Positions 21,792 to 34,500 of a DNA stretch of 64,000 bases are shown here, one piece after another. The stretch is taken from assembly GCA_045627925.1 (NCBI GenBank), contig JAZQOS010000021.1, forward strand, positions 75,469 through 139,468, written 5' to 3'. A model generated the notes under the pieces. That model was not told the DNA's origin and did no database searches. It saw nothing but the letters and a program-made list of their open reading frames with translations. Both the position numbers and the translations under genes were made by a program. Position 1 is the first letter of the stretch. Each line of letters opens with the position of its first letter. The DNA is from Kiritimatiellia bacterium (GTDB lineage: Bacteria; Verrucomicrobiota; Kiritimatiellia; RFP12; UBA1067).

Positions 21792-22342
21792 TTCTTTCTC
21801 CTCCAAATCACAATACGGGTCTTGCCGTAGACGCGGTCGCGCAACATTTCCCAACCGTCCGCGCTTTCGGCTTCTTGCGCCGAAGTCATCTCGGCGATAA
21901 AGAGACCCTCTTTCCTCGTAACTCCTCGCTCGGCCAGTGTCGAGAGCATCTTCGCGTAGCCCGCCTTTTCGCCGAGCGCATACGGCGGATCGGCGAAAAC
22001 CATCGTCCAGCCTTCGCCCGAATAGCTCTCAATCCACCGATAGGCGTCGCGCACGACGACCTCGGCGCGAGCGGTTTCGCCCAAGGTTTCGAGATTGCGC
22101 TTCAGCGTGTCCGCGTGGCGGCGATCGGACTCGACGAACGTCGCGCGCTTCGCGCCGCGCGAGAGCGCCTCGATCCCGACCGAGCCCGAGCCGGCGAAAA
22201 GATCGAGAAACTCAGCGTCCGCGATTTCCGGCGCGAGAATGTTGAAAAGCGCCTCGCGCACGCGATCTTGGGTGGGGCGAAGCTCTCCGTCCTTCGGAAC
22301 GAGCAATGTTCTGCCTCCCGCCTCGCCTCCGGTTATCCGCAT
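21788..22342 (-). CDS. rsmD: 16S rRNA (guanine966-N2)-methyltransferase RsmD
   Basis: [19 protein letters not shown] and FADPPY motifs. ATG at 22342 (MRITGG). ~185 aa. Confidence 0.8.
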   Translation of the reverse strand: MRITGGEAGGRTLLVPKDGELRPTQDRVREALFNILAPEIADAEFLDLFAGSGSVGIEALSRGAKRATFVESDRRHADTLKRNLETLGETARAEVVVRDAYRWIESYSGEGWTMVFADPPYALGEKAGYAKMLSTLAERGVTRKEGLFIAEMTSAQEAESADGWEMLRDRVYGKTRIVIWRRKK

Positions 22343-22343
22343 C

Positions 22344-23186
22344 TCACATCTCCGATACGAGCACCGCCGTCCCGACGGGAAGCAAAATTTCCAGCTCTTC
22401 GCGATCACTCGGCGCAAAGCCGAACTCGTTGGCCAAAAACGCGCGTTTCGATTCCGGAAGTTCGTACGCGCCGGAAACCTTGACCGGCTCCACCTTGAGA
22501 TCATAGCGACGGAAGAACTTGCCGTTCAAATGAAGATCGGCCGTGCGCGCACGGCGATGGACGATAAGCCGAAAACGCGGATGGTTCATAACGTCCAACT
22601 TCTGCCCGACGAGAATGCGATCAATCTTACCGCCATTCAACTTCGCAAGCGAGGCGAGGGTCGAGCCGTGTTCGGCGGCGATGCGCGAAGCGGAATCGCC
22701 CGACTTGACGACAACCGTCTCCACCCATTGCCGACTCTTAAGTTCATAAAGCCGCTTGAGGTTGAGCGAGCCGAGCCGTCGCGCGAGCGCATCGTCGAGA
22801 TCCGCCGCCGGCGAGCCCGGCAACGAACGAAGCTGCTCGATCGTCGTCACCGCCATTTCCACGTCGCGCTGCTTCTCGGCTTCTTCGAGCCGCAAAAGAA
22901 GATTGCGAACTTTGGCGGGGCGCTTTGACAGCGTCGAACGCCCGGCTACCGGCGGAGGCGGCGGTTCGGCGGAAACGACCGTACTTACGGCATTGGTCGC
23001 GTCAACACCTTCCCCGACAATCTCGTTCCCCGCGTCCTCGGGCGCGTCGGGTCGCCGTAAAAGCGACCAGGTAAGCCACGCGAGCGCGACGACCAGAACG
23101 ACGACGATTACCCAACCAAGACCGCGCGACTCCTCGTCCGCCGTCCTCGGATTGTATTCGACGCCGTACTTGCCGCGCTCGAACAC
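22344..23186 (-). CDS. Membrane-anchored LysM domain protein
   Basis: TM helix WVIVVVLVVALAWLTWSLL. LysM-like segment VVKSGDSASRIAAEHGSTLASLAKLNG. Confidence 0.55.
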   Translation of the reverse strand: MFERGKYGVEYNPRTADEESRGLGWVIVVVLVVALAWLTWSLLRRPDAPEDAGNEIVGEGVDATNAVSTVVSAEPPPPPVAGRSTLSKRPAKVRNLLLRLEEAEKQRDVEMAVTTIEQLRSLPGSPAADLDDALARRLGSLNLKRLYELKSRQWVETVVVKSGDSASRIAAEHGSTLASLAKLNGGKIDRILVGQKLDVMNHPRFRLIVHRRARTADLHLNGKFFRRYDLKVEPVKVSGAYELPESKRAFLANEFGFAPSDREELEILLPVGTAVLVSEM

Positions 23187-23192
23187 TTGCTT

Positions 23193-24687
<1,495 letters not shown>

Positions 24688-24725
24688 TCATTCTCCACAG
24701 TAAGTCGAAAGGTGTTTAAAAAACC

Positions 24726-25850
24726 ATGAATAAAGCTCTGCACGTTCTCGTTTACGTGTTTTTGGTGCTCGCCGGCGCCGCACTGTTTTTCGAAATCCAG
24801 CTCAACTCCAAGCGGGCCGAGCTAACCGACCGCAATCGCCTGCAGGAAGACTACTTGGTTAAGATCGCGAAGACAATCGAATCCGCCGATCCCGGAAAGG
24901 ATTCGATGAGCGTTAATCGCGATGCCTCGCCCGTCGAAGCGAAGATCGTCGATTCGCCGGAGATGGAGAACGTCCTCGACGACTATCAGGCCGCGCTCGA
25001 AAAGGCGAACCTCGATACCTTCAACTGGGAAGGCCAGCGCGACAAGCTCCGCCGGGTCTACGTCCTCGACGCCGAGGGCAAACCCTATATGGACGGCAAC
25101 CAACCCCAGGTTCGCGGTAGCGACGAGTACAATATGCTCGAAAACCTCTTCAACGGCGCCAAAAACCAGCAAGCGCGCCTTAATTCGACCCGCGCCGCGC
25201 TTACCGAACTTCGCGGCAAGCTTGAAACGCTGGTCGGCGAAATCAACCAGCTCAAGCCCGATGGTCGCCAGGACAAGGTGACGATCGAGGAGCAGAAGGC
25301 CAAGATTGCCGCGCTCGAAAGCGAAAAGGCCGAGCTTGAAGACCAGCTTACCCGCGCCAAGGCCCAGATCGACGAACTCAATACCGAGATTACCTCGCTT
25401 AAGGACGAGGTCGCCGTCGCCAAGGACGAGACCGAGGCCGCGAAGGAGGAGATCGCCAAGCAGCAGAAGCTCGTCGAACAGCTCAAGGAAATGGTGAAGA
25501 AGTGGGCGGTTAAGACGCGCGGCGACGAGGCCGTGGTCGCGGGCATGACCGCTTCGCTCCCCGCCGGCGACAAGGGTCGTATCGTCGAAGCCGACAACGA
25601 GAACATGTTCGCGGTCGTCGAATTCACCGAAGAGGCGATGAAGGAGCTTAAGGGCGAAGAGCTCAACCAGCCGCTCCCGATGATCGAACTCGGGGTAAAG
25701 CGTCCCGGTTACAACGGCGAGGCCGGCGAGTTCGTCGGTCGCATCCGTCTGCGTCAGGAAGTCAAGGGCAAGCGCTTTGTCGTTTGCGACATCCTCGGCG
25801 CTTGGGAACAGGACAAGCTCGCGCCCAATGACGTCCTCTTCGCCGACTAA
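24726..25850 (+). CDS. Hypothetical membrane-anchored coiled-coil protein
   Basis: N-terminal TM helix, followed by a long heptad-rich and charged region (KAKIAALESEKAELEDQLTRAKAQIDELNTEI). Confidence 0.5.
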   Translation: MNKALHVLVYVFLVLAGAALFFEIQLNSKRAELTDRNRLQEDYLVKIAKTIESADPGKDSMSVNRDASPVEAKIVDSPEMENVLDDYQAALEKANLDTFNWEGQRDKLRRVYVLDAEGKPYMDGNQPQVRGSDEYNMLENLFNGAKNQQARLNSTRAALTELRGKLETLVGEINQLKPDGRQDKVTIEEQKAKIAALESEKAELEDQLTRAKAQIDELNTEITSLKDEVAVAKDETEAAKEEIAKQQKLVEQLKEMVKKWAVKTRGDEAVVAGMTASLPAGDKGRIVEADNENMFAVVEFTEEAMKELKGEELNQPLPMIELGVKRPGYNGEAGEFVGRIRLRQEVKGKRFVVCDILGAWEQDKLAPNDVLFAD

Positions 25851-25995
25851 GCTTTTGTTGCTGACGCTCGGTTTGCTGGCGCTCGGCGGTTGTATTGCGG
25901 ACACCGCCGAGGATACGGATTTGCCGTGGGCGTCGAATCAGGGATGGGAGGGCATCGCCCCGATCGCGCCATCGATGATGAATCAATATGATTGA
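25828..25995 (+). CDS. Possible small lipoprotein (56 aa)
   Basis: ATG at 25828; LLLLTLGLLALGGC lipobox-like signal; overlaps the tail of the preceding gene. Confidence 0.3.
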   Translation: MTSSSPTKLLLLTLGLLALGGCIADTAEDTDLPWASNQGWEGIAPIAPSMMNQYD

Positions 25996-26935
25996 GCGTA
26001 AATCCATTACGGCGAGCGAGGGCGGCGTCCGGCTGGATGCCGCCCTTCTTGACGCATTCAAAACCACCACCCGCTCGTTCGTGAAGCTGGCGATCGAGGA
26101 AGGTTCGGTGTTGGTGAACGGTCGTAGAGCGGCAAAAGGCCTGAAGCTCAAGGGCGGCGAAGCGATCGAGATCGCCTCCCTGCTCGAAGCGAAGGACAAT
26201 CTCGTCGCGCCGGAATCGGGTGCGCTCGAGTGCGTGTTCGAAGACGGCTCCATCCTCGCTTTCAACAAACCCGCCGCCTTGCCGGTGCAGCCGCTCGACT
26301 GCCGCGAAACGGGAACGCTGATGAACCGCGTGGTCGCGAAATATCCCGAATGCCGACCGCTCGGCGACCAACCGCTGATGGCCGGTGCGCTCCACCGCAT
26401 CGACGCCGACACCTCGGGGCTCGTGCTCGTCGCTCGCTCGACCGAGACGTTCGCCGCTTTGCGCGCGCAATTCGCGGCGCAGACCGTGAAGAAAACCTAC
26501 CTCGCGCTCGTCGAAGGTTCGGTAGCCGTAGGCGGCACGCTCGAAAACGATCTCGTCCACGATCCGACGCTGCCTTTCTGTCGAATGATCGACTTTCGCC
26601 GCAATCGGCTTACGCAATCGCAAACGGCGAAGCTAAAGCCGCTCCACGCCGTCACCGCTTTCGAACCGATCGCACACACCACGGTCGAAAACGAGGAACG
26701 CACGTTATTGGAAGTTACGATCTTCACCGGCGTTACCCACCAAATCCGCGCCCAGCTCGCGCTCGCCGGAATGCACATTGTGAACGACCGACTTTACGGC
26801 GCGTTCGCCATCGAAAACCAAACCGGCCACTGTCTGCACGCGCTCGCGGCGGCGTTCAAGCACCCTCGGTCGAGCGACCCAGTGGAAATTCGAACGCCGT
26901 ATCCCAAGTGGGCGCTAATCCAAAACGCCCTTTGA
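25988..26935 (+). CDS. RluA family pseudouridine synthase
   Basis: HRIDADTSGLVLVARS catalytic motif; 315 aa. Confidence 0.8.
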   Translation: MIERKSITASEGGVRLDAALLDAFKTTTRSFVKLAIEEGSVLVNGRRAAKGLKLKGGEAIEIASLLEAKDNLVAPESGALECVFEDGSILAFNKPAALPVQPLDCRETGTLMNRVVAKYPECRPLGDQPLMAGALHRIDADTSGLVLVARSTETFAALRAQFAAQTVKKTYLALVEGSVAVGGTLENDLVHDPTLPFCRMIDFRRNRLTQSQTAKLKPLHAVTAFEPIAHTTVENEERTLLEVTIFTGVTHQIRAQLALAGMHIVNDRLYGAFAIENQTGHCLHALAAAFKHPRSSDPVEIRTPYPKWALIQNAL

Positions 26936-29098
26936 GGGCGGCTCGGACTCGTCCCACCATGCGCCCTTCGCCGAAGCGACGCGCGCAATCGGTTTCGTCG
27001 AAAGCTGCTTGCCCTTCGTGCCCGCGCCGCGGATTTCCACGACTTCGCGCTTTTCGGGTTTGCCGGTTTCGAGATTGGTGCGGTCGACCTTCTCCAACGG
27101 CAGAAAGTGCTGTTGGTGAATCTTCTGGCCCTTGGCGGGTTTGTAGCGAACGTACAGCGTCTCGGGGCAACCTTCCTGCAAAAACAGGATCTTCGTCTTG
27201 CCTTTCGCGGGCGCGAGGTGGTATTCCTTGTTGCGGATGAGGCCGCCGAAGGTGAAGCGCTTGATGTAACTGAAGCCGTAGGAACCCTCTTCGTAAACGA
27301 GCGTGAACGAGCGGGTGTCGCGCTCCTTCTCCTGATCGTAGCGGAGCACCGTCATCAAATCCTTGTCGACGAATATTTTTTCGTCGGGCTGCATCTTCTT
27401 GAAGCGGCCGTCCTTCCAGATGAAGATAAGCTCGTCGAGCGAAGAGCATTTGAAAAGCTCGTCGCCGCCGCGAAGACCCGAACCGACGAAGCCGTTTTCC
27501 TTGTCCCACTTGATGGTGAGCTCGCTCGCGGTAATCGCCTTGACGTCGACCTCCTTGAAGGCGCTCTTGGCGATTGTCGTCATGCGCGGATACTTCTTCG
27601 CGTATTCCTTCACCAGCCCCTTCAGATACTTCACGACGAAAGCGCGAAGGTGGACGAGATTGTCGCCGACCTCCTTCTCCTCCGCCTTGATCGCCTTGAT
27701 CTCTTCGCGGTTCTTGTCGATGTCGAATTGCGAAATGCGCCGAATCTGCAATTTCAAAAGCCGTTCCACGTCGTCGTTCGTGACGTCTCGGCGGAGTTCC
27801 TTGCGGAAGGGCTTGAAGCCGTCCTTCACCGTCGATTGGATCCCCTCCATCGTCTTTTCCTTCTCGATGCGCTTGTAGATCCGCTCCTCGATGAAGATGC
27901 GATCGAGCGTACGCGCGTGAAAGAGGTCGTCGAGCTCCTCAAGACGAATTTCCAACTCGCGCTTGGTGAGCGCGGTCAGCCGTTCCGCGTTCTTCTTCAG
28001 AATCTCGCTAACTCTCATCAGCTTCGGCCGACCGCCGTCCAACACCACCGGCCGCGACGCGATCGACTTCTCGCAATTGGTGAAGGCGTAGAGCGCGGTC
28101 ATCGTCTTCTCGGCGCTCGCTCCCGCCTGCAATTCGAGCTCGATCCGCACCTGATCGCTCGTTAGGTCGTGAATCTTCCGAACCTGCACTTTTTTCTTCT
28201 TGATCGCATCCTCGATGGACTCGGCGAGCGAATCGGTGGTCTCGCCCCAGGGGAGTTCGGTGATGACGAGCTTGCCCTTCTCGCTCGCGTCGATCTTCGC
28301 CCGAATCTTCACCTTCCCGAGGCCGTCCTCGTATTCGCTCGCGTCCATAATGCCGCCGAGCTGGAAGTCGGGGTAAAGGGTAAAGGGCTTCTTTTGGATG
28401 GCGTCGATCTCCGCCTCCAGAAGCTCGATGAAGTTGTGCGGCAGAATCGAAGTCGAAAGCCCCACCGCGATTCCGTCCGCGCCCAGCATCAGCAAAAGCG
28501 GAATCTTCGCCGGCAGGTAGACCGGCTCCTCCTTGCGCCCGTCGTAGTTCGGCACAAACTCGGTCGTCTTCGCGTTAAAAACTTCCTTCCGCGCCAGCTC
28601 CGTGAGCCGACACTCGATATAGCGCGTCGCGGCGTGCTTCATTCCGGTGTAGAGCGAACCGTAGTTACCCTGCCCGTCGATGAGATAGCCCTTGCCCTCG
28701 CCCCAAAGCTTGTTCGCCAAAACGCAAAGCGCGTCGCCGATCGAGGCGTCGCCGTGGGGATGGTACTGCATCGCGTGGCCGACGATGTTCGCGACCTTGG
28801 TGTAACGGCCATCGTCCTTTTCCCAAAGGGAATGCATGATGCGGCGTTGCACCGGCTTAAGCCCGTCCTCCACCGCCGGAATCGCGCGATCGCAAATTAC
28901 GTACGCCGAGTACTGACGAAAGTTGTAATCGTACAGTTCGCGCATCGGACCCGAGCCGGTCAGCCCCTTGGTCGGGGCGCTCGCCGCTTTCGGCGCTTCG
29001 CCTTTTTTCTCCGCCTTCGTTCCCTTTTCAACCGCTTTCGGCGCAAACAAATCGAGATTGTCGAAAAGACTCGGCGGTTGGTTTTCTTTCTTGGCCAT
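26915..29098 (-). CDS. parC: Type IIA topoisomerase subunit A (ParC-like; a GyrA assignment is not excluded)
   Basis: AYVICDRAIP, GLKPVQRRI, HPHGD, active-site region GNYGS; 727 aa. Confidence 0.8.
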   Translation of the reverse strand: MAKKENQPPSLFDNLDLFAPKAVEKGTKAEKKGEAPKAASAPTKGLTGSGPMRELYDYNFRQYSAYVICDRAIPAVEDGLKPVQRRIMHSLWEKDDGRYTKVANIVGHAMQYHPHGDASIGDALCVLANKLWGEGKGYLIDGQGNYGSLYTGMKHAATRYIECRLTELARKEVFNAKTTEFVPNYDGRKEEPVYLPAKIPLLLMLGADGIAVGLSTSILPHNFIELLEAEIDAIQKKPFTLYPDFQLGGIMDASEYEDGLGKVKIRAKIDASEKGKLVITELPWGETTDSLAESIEDAIKKKKVQVRKIHDLTSDQVRIELELQAGASAEKTMTALYAFTNCEKSIASRPVVLDGGRPKLMRVSEILKKNAERLTALTKRELEIRLEELDDLFHARTLDRIFIEERIYKRIEKEKTMEGIQSTVKDGFKPFRKELRRDVTNDDVERLLKLQIRRISQFDIDKNREEIKAIKAEEKEVGDNLVHLRAFVVKYLKGLVKEYAKKYPRMTTIAKSAFKEVDVKAITASELTIKWDKENGFVGSGLRGGDELFKCSSLDELIFIWKDGRFKKMQPDEKIFVDKDLMTVLRYDQEKERDTRSFTLVYEEGSYGFSYIKRFTFGGLIRNKEYHLAPAKGKTKILFLQEGCPETLYVRYKPAKGQKIHQQHFLPLEKVDRTNLETGKPEKREVVEIRGAGTKGKQLSTKPIARVASAKGAWWDESEPPSKGVLD

Positions 29099-29114
29099 GG
29101 CTCAAAAAAATCCT

Positions 29115-30962
29115 TTAGAAGTCGCTGGAGTCGCAGACAAGCGAATCCATGATGTAGTCCTTGCGCTCCGGCGTGTTCGCGCCCATGTAGAACTTGATCG
29201 TCTTCTCGACGTCCACGTCGTCGGTGCAGGTAACTGGCGTAAGGCGCATGTCCTTGCCGATGAAATCCTTGAACTCCTTCGCGTTCAATTCGCCGAGACC
29301 CTTGAAGCGGGTGATTTCGCAGCCGCGCCCGCACGCCTTGATCGCCGCCTCACGTTCCGCTTCCGAAAAACAGTAATGCTGCTCCTTCTTGTTGCGAACG
29401 CGAAATAGCGGCGTCTCCAGAATGTAGATGCGCCCGTCGGCGACGAGTTGGCGATAAAAGCGCATGAAGAACGTCGTCAGGAGCATTCGAATGTGAAGTC
29501 CGTCGACATCGGCATCGGTCGCGAAGACGATTTTGCCGTAGCGCAAGTTGTCCACGGTGTCTTCGATATCGAGCGACTTGATGAGGTTGAAGAATTCCTC
29601 GTTCTTGTAGAGGACGTCCTTGTTGAGCCCGCAGGTGTTGAGACACTTGCCGCGCAAAAAGAAGACCGCCTGGTTCATCGCGTCGCGCGCATTACCCAAG
29701 GTACCGCCCGCCGACTGGCCTTCGGTAAGGAAGATCATCGTCTCCTCGCCTTCGGCCTTGCCGGTTTTCTTGTTCACCTTGTCGAGCCGCAGATGGTTCT
29801 TGCAGTCCTTCAGCTGCGGCACGCGCACGCTCGTCGCCTGCGTGCGCTCGCGCGCCTGCTTCTTGATGGTGTTGAGCTGACTGCGAATCTTGCCGGTTTC
29901 CTCGATCTTCGCGATGAGCTTGTCGGTTTCCGAGGGCGAGCGGTGGAGAACGGAAAGAATCTCCTTCTTCATCTCGCTCACGAGATCGGCCTTGATGTCG
30001 TTCATCACGAACTTGATCTTGGTCTGACCCTCGAAGACGGGGTTCATAATTCGAAGACTGACCGCACCGATGAGCCCGTCGCGAATGTCGTCGCCGTCTA
30101 ACTTCTTCTTCGAATCGTACTCGTTGAGCGCCTTGGTGAGCGCTTCCTTGAACGCGGTCAGGTGCGTGCCGCCGTCGGTGGTGTACTGGCCGTTGACGAA
30201 CGAGTGGTACTCTTCGCCGAAGCGGTTGGTGTGGGTGAAGATGATTTCGAGGTTCTTGGTCTTGATGTGGAACGGCGCGTAGAGCTTCTCGAATTGCGCT
30301 TCGTCGGCGATGAGATCGGCGAGCCCGTGCTCGGAGCAGATTTCCTGTCCGTTCAAGTCGATCGTCAGCCCCGCGTTCACGTAGCAGTACATCTTCATTC
30401 GCCGAACGACGTGTTCTTCGCGAACCTTGAACTTCTTCAAGACCTTGGCGTCGGGCTTGTAGCGAATGAACGTTCCCGAACGCTCGGCGCTCTTTTGCTT
30501 GCCGCGCTTCTTGGATTTAAGCCGCCCTTCCTCGAAGTACGCTTCCGAAAACTCGCCTTCGCGGAACGACCTTACCTCGAAAAACTCCGAGAGCGCGTTC
30601 ACCGCCTTGGTGCCGACGCCGTTCATACCCGCCGAGAACTGGAAGGCGGCGGTGTCGAACTTGCCGCCGGTGTTCATCTGGCTTACGCAGTCGACGACCT
30701 TGCCGAGCGGAATTCCGCGGCCGTAGTCGCGTACGCTCGTCTCTCCGGTGTCGTAGTTGACCTTCACCTCGATGCGCTTGCCCTCGCCCATCACGAACTC
30801 GTCCACCGAGTTGTCGATCACTTCCTTCATCAGGATGTAAACGCAATCGTGGTACATCGCGCCCGTGCCCGGCTCGCCGACGTACATGCCGGGACGCGTG
30901 CGGATATGCGTCACCGGATCGAGCGTCTTGATGCTCGCGTCTCCGTAATTTTCCCTCGCCAT
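29115..30962 (-). CDS. parE: Type IIA topoisomerase subunit B (ParE-like)
   Basis: GHKL ATPase motifs (EVIDNSVDE, RDYGRGIP); Toprim region; 615 aa. Confidence 0.8.
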   Translation of the reverse strand: MARENYGDASIKTLDPVTHIRTRPGMYVGEPGTGAMYHDCVYILMKEVIDNSVDEFVMGEGKRIEVKVNYDTGETSVRDYGRGIPLGKVVDCVSQMNTGGKFDTAAFQFSAGMNGVGTKAVNALSEFFEVRSFREGEFSEAYFEEGRLKSKKRGKQKSAERSGTFIRYKPDAKVLKKFKVREEHVVRRMKMYCYVNAGLTIDLNGQEICSEHGLADLIADEAQFEKLYAPFHIKTKNLEIIFTHTNRFGEEYHSFVNGQYTTDGGTHLTAFKEALTKALNEYDSKKKLDGDDIRDGLIGAVSLRIMNPVFEGQTKIKFVMNDIKADLVSEMKKEILSVLHRSPSETDKLIAKIEETGKIRSQLNTIKKQARERTQATSVRVPQLKDCKNHLRLDKVNKKTGKAEGEETMIFLTEGQSAGGTLGNARDAMNQAVFFLRGKCLNTCGLNKDVLYKNEEFFNLIKSLDIEDTVDNLRYGKIVFATDADVDGLHIRMLLTTFFMRFYRQLVADGRIYILETPLFRVRNKKEQHYCFSEAEREAAIKACGRGCEITRFKGLGELNAKEFKDFIGKDMRLTPVTCTDDVDVEKTIKFYMGANTPERKDYIMDSLVCDSSDF

Positions 30963-30971
30963 ATTCAGAGG

Positions 30972-30982
30972 GTATTATACCA
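30972..30982 (-). promoter_or_regulatory. Extended -10 (TGGTATAATAC) 12 nt upstream of the parE ATG; near-leaderless transcript
   Basis: Reverse complement TTGGTATAATACCCTCTGAATATG. Confidence 0.45.
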
Positions 30983-31596
30983 AATAGACGATATCTGCGG
31001 GGACTTCGGCGGTAAATTCCATGCGCTTTCCCGTAATCGGATGCGGCAAGGCGAGCGAGACCGCGTGCAAGAGCAAGCGCTTGGCGCGACGCTTCGTCGC
31101 CGCGTCGCCGTAGAGTCGATCGCCGACGATCGGATGGCCGAGACGCTTGGCGTGAATGCGAATTTGATGGGTGCGACCGGTCTCGATCTTGAATTCCACG
31201 AGCGCGGTGTCGCCGCTTCTGCCCAGCACTTCCCATCGGGTAATCGCGCGCCTGCCGTCGATTAGCTCGTCGATAACTCCTTTTTTGGGTTTCGGCGCGC
31301 CATGCGTCACGGCGAGATAGGTCTTTTCCACGCGGTCGTGCCGCTCGAAAAACTCGCGCAATTTAAGATACGCCGCCTGCGTCCGCGCGAGCACCATAAT
31401 GCCGCTCGTCTCCGCGTCCAGCCGATGAACGACGCCCGGGCGTTCCGCCGAACCGACGGCGGCGATTTCGGGAAAGAGCTTTTTCACCTCGTCGGTCAGC
31501 GTCCCCGACTCGTGACCGGGCGAGGGATGGGTCGCCATTCCCGCCGGCTTCACGACCGCGATCAAATCCGCGTCGCGATAGACGACCTCGATCAAG
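30975..31596 (-). CDS. RluA family pseudouridine synthase (second copy); start uncertain
   Basis: IAVVKPAGMATHP and VVHRLDAETSGIMVLART. The track ORF continues upstream into the RND gene; the probable start is the TTG that overlaps the RND stop by 1 nt. Confidence 0.6.
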
Positions 31597-34500
31597 TCGA
31601 CGAACGGCGCTTGCCGACGAAGCGCCGAAAAAGTACGTAAAGCGGCGGCACGAAGAGCATGCCGATCAATGTCGCCGTAAGCATGCCGTAGAAAGTAGCG
31701 ACGCCCACCGCATGGCGCGCGTTTGCGCCCGCGCCAGTTGCGGTGAGAAGCGGCAACACGCCGATTACGAACGAAATCGCCGTCATTTGCACCGAACGAA
31801 AGCGTTGCTTCATCCCGTCGACCGCCGCGTCTACAAGCCCCACTCCCTGCTCTTCCTTCTGCATCGCGTATTCGGCGATGAGAATTGCGGATTTGGCGGT
31901 TATACCAATTAGCATCAAGACTCCAAGCTGGCAATAGATGTTCATCGCAACGCCCGAAAGCTTGATTCCGAGAAGCCCGCCGAAGAGCGAAACAATTACG
32001 CACAGCATCACCGGCACCGGCACCGTCCAGCTTTCGTATTGGCCGACCAGAAAGAGATAGGCCATCAACACCGATAAGATCAACATCCAGGCGATCTCGC
32101 CCTCGTTTTGGCGCTCTTGGAAAGAGAGGTCGGTGAACGCGACCTGCCACTCGGGGCCCATCTCCTTGACCTGACGCTCGATTTCGCGCATCAGTTCGCC
32201 CGAGCTCGTTCCCCGCGCGGGTTGCGACTGGAAGAACGCGGAGGTGAAAAGATTGAAGCGCTCCACCTGACGCGGGCCGACCGTCCAGTCGAAATTGCCA
32301 ATCGAAAGAATCGGTACTTGCGCCCCTTTCGCACCGGTGACGTGAAGATTCGCGAGCTGGTTGACGGTGGCGCGATTCTCGAGGTCGGCCTGAATGTTGA
32401 CCTGGTAGTTCTTGCCGTCCAAGTTGAAGTCGTTGACGTAATAGGAGCCGAGCTGTCCCTGCAAGGCGGTGAAAACGTCGGAGACCTTTACGCCCATCTG
32501 CTCGGCGAGCTGACGATCGAGCCTAAACTTGATAAGCGGCGTCGACGCTTCGAAGGTAGGGAAGGCGTAAAGCACCTTGCCCGAATTCACAAGCCGTCCC
32601 GCAAGTTCTTGCGAAGCGCGCGCCAGTTCGGCGTAGGACTGGCCGTTCGCCGCCTGCAAGAGGAAACTGACGCCGCCCGCATTCCCCAGACCGGCAATTG
32701 GCGGCGGCACAAGCACCATTACCTTCGCCTCGGCGATTCCCGCTGCGAGCGCCATTATCCGCTTCTGGACGGCGAAGACGCTGTGCTCCTCGCCCGGGCG
32801 TTCGTTCCACGGCTTCAGCATCGTCGGCAAAAAGCCGAGATTCTCGCCCGCGCCCGAGGTCATCGACCGCCCGCAAACCGCGCCCACGCTCTTCACCTCG
32901 TCCATCGCGGAAATCCGTCGCGCGAGTTCGTCGATGACTTCGCTGGTGCGGGAGATTACCGTGCCTGGCGGCAGTGTTACCTCGACGAACATAAGTCCCT
33001 TGTCTTCGTTCGCGATAAACTCGGTCGGTATCGACTTGAAAAGCCACACCGCCGCCGCGACAATGGCGACGAACACCGCCACCGTTATCGGCATCGCCTT
33101 GATCATCGCCTTCGAGCAACCGGTCGCAAAATCGCGGAAGCGATCGAATACGAGGTTAAAGACCTTGAAAAATCCTTTGGGCGTCGGCGGCTTCGCGAGC
33201 ACCCTCGCCCCCATCGCGCAAGAAAGCGTGAGCGCGCAAACCGTCGAAAGGCAGAGCGCAACGCACATCGTAATCGAGAACTGCAGATAAATCGTGCCGA
33301 CCATTCCCTGTGCGAAGCCGATTGGCGCGTACACCGCCACGACGACGAGCGTGGTTGCGACAAGCGCGCCCGAAATCTCCTTCATCGTCGATATCGCCGC
33401 GTCCATCGCCGTCAGGCCTTGATCAAGCTTGGCCATACACGATTCGGTAACGCAAATCGCATCGTCGACCACCGAACCGATGACCAGAATAAGCGCGAAC
33501 ATCGAAAGCGTGTTGATCGAAATTCCGCAAAGCGAAAGAAAGAGGAAGGTTCCCATGAGCGAAACCGGTATCGCCACCATCGGCACCAGCGTCGCGCGCC
33601 AACTCTGCAAAAAGATCCAGGTGATGAGTACGACCAGCAAGAACGTCTCCAGTAGCGTCTCGACGATTTCCTCCATCGAAGCGCGTACGAACGCCGTCGT
33701 GTCGAAGGCGACCGCCCATTGCATACCCTCGTCCATCGCCGGTTCGACGCTCTTCATAACTTCCATCGCCTGATCGAAGATGTTAAGCGCGTTGCCGTGG
33801 TTGAGCATGAAAATCGCCACCATGACCCCGGTGTGGCCGTTGAACTTGAAGGTGTTGTTGTAGTGCTCGGAGCCGAGTTCGATGCGTGCGATGTCATGCA
33901 GGCGCACTTGTCGCATGCCGTCGGCGGAATTGCGCACGACGATATTGCCGAATTCCTCCGCGGTCTTGAGCCGCCCATCGGCGAGAATCTTGTATTGCAA
34001 CATCTCGCCCGCGCCCTCGGTGCCGACCGCGCCGGCGGCGGCTTGCAGATTCTGGCTCGCAATCGCCCGCTTGACCTCGTCGATCGAAATGCCCATCGCC
34101 CGCATCATCTCCGGATCGAGCCAGCAGCGCATCGAGCGCTTGGCTTCGCCGAAGATTCCCACCGAACCGACGCCGTCGATGCGCGTCAAGGTGTCCTTGA
34201 TGCGAAGGTCGGCGAAGGTCGAAAGCTCCACCGCCGAATGCTTGGTGTTCGTCGAATAAAGCGCGATCGCGCAAAGCATGTCGGGCGACTTCTTCGCTAC
34301 CGTAACTCCGTTCGCCTTGACCTCGGCCGGTAACTTCGGCTCGACGAGTTTCACGGCGTTATTGACGTTCACCAGCGCCATATTTTCGTCGGCGCCCGGC
34401 TTGAAGGTCACGGTCAGCGTGTAGTTTCCGGAATTATCGGACTTGGAATCGAAGTAGATAAGATCTTCGACCGAATTGATTTGCGACTCGATCGGCGCGG

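Noticed and set aside
25085-25666. Minus-strand 193-aa Ser-rich ORF inside the coiled-coil protein gene
   Set aside because: It lies antisense to a better-supported plus-strand gene and is low-complexity (S/A-rich).
26230-27240. Alternative-frame ORFs overlapping housekeeping genes (for example 26230..27240, 30162..31265, 32108..33655, 34728..35864, 36326..36895, 37546..38550, 40219..41211)
   Set aside because: Each overlaps a confidently identified gene (RluA, ParE, RND permease, MFP, rplL, rplA, tuf) in another frame. Their composition is Arg/Pro-rich, typical of off-frame translation of GC-rich genes.
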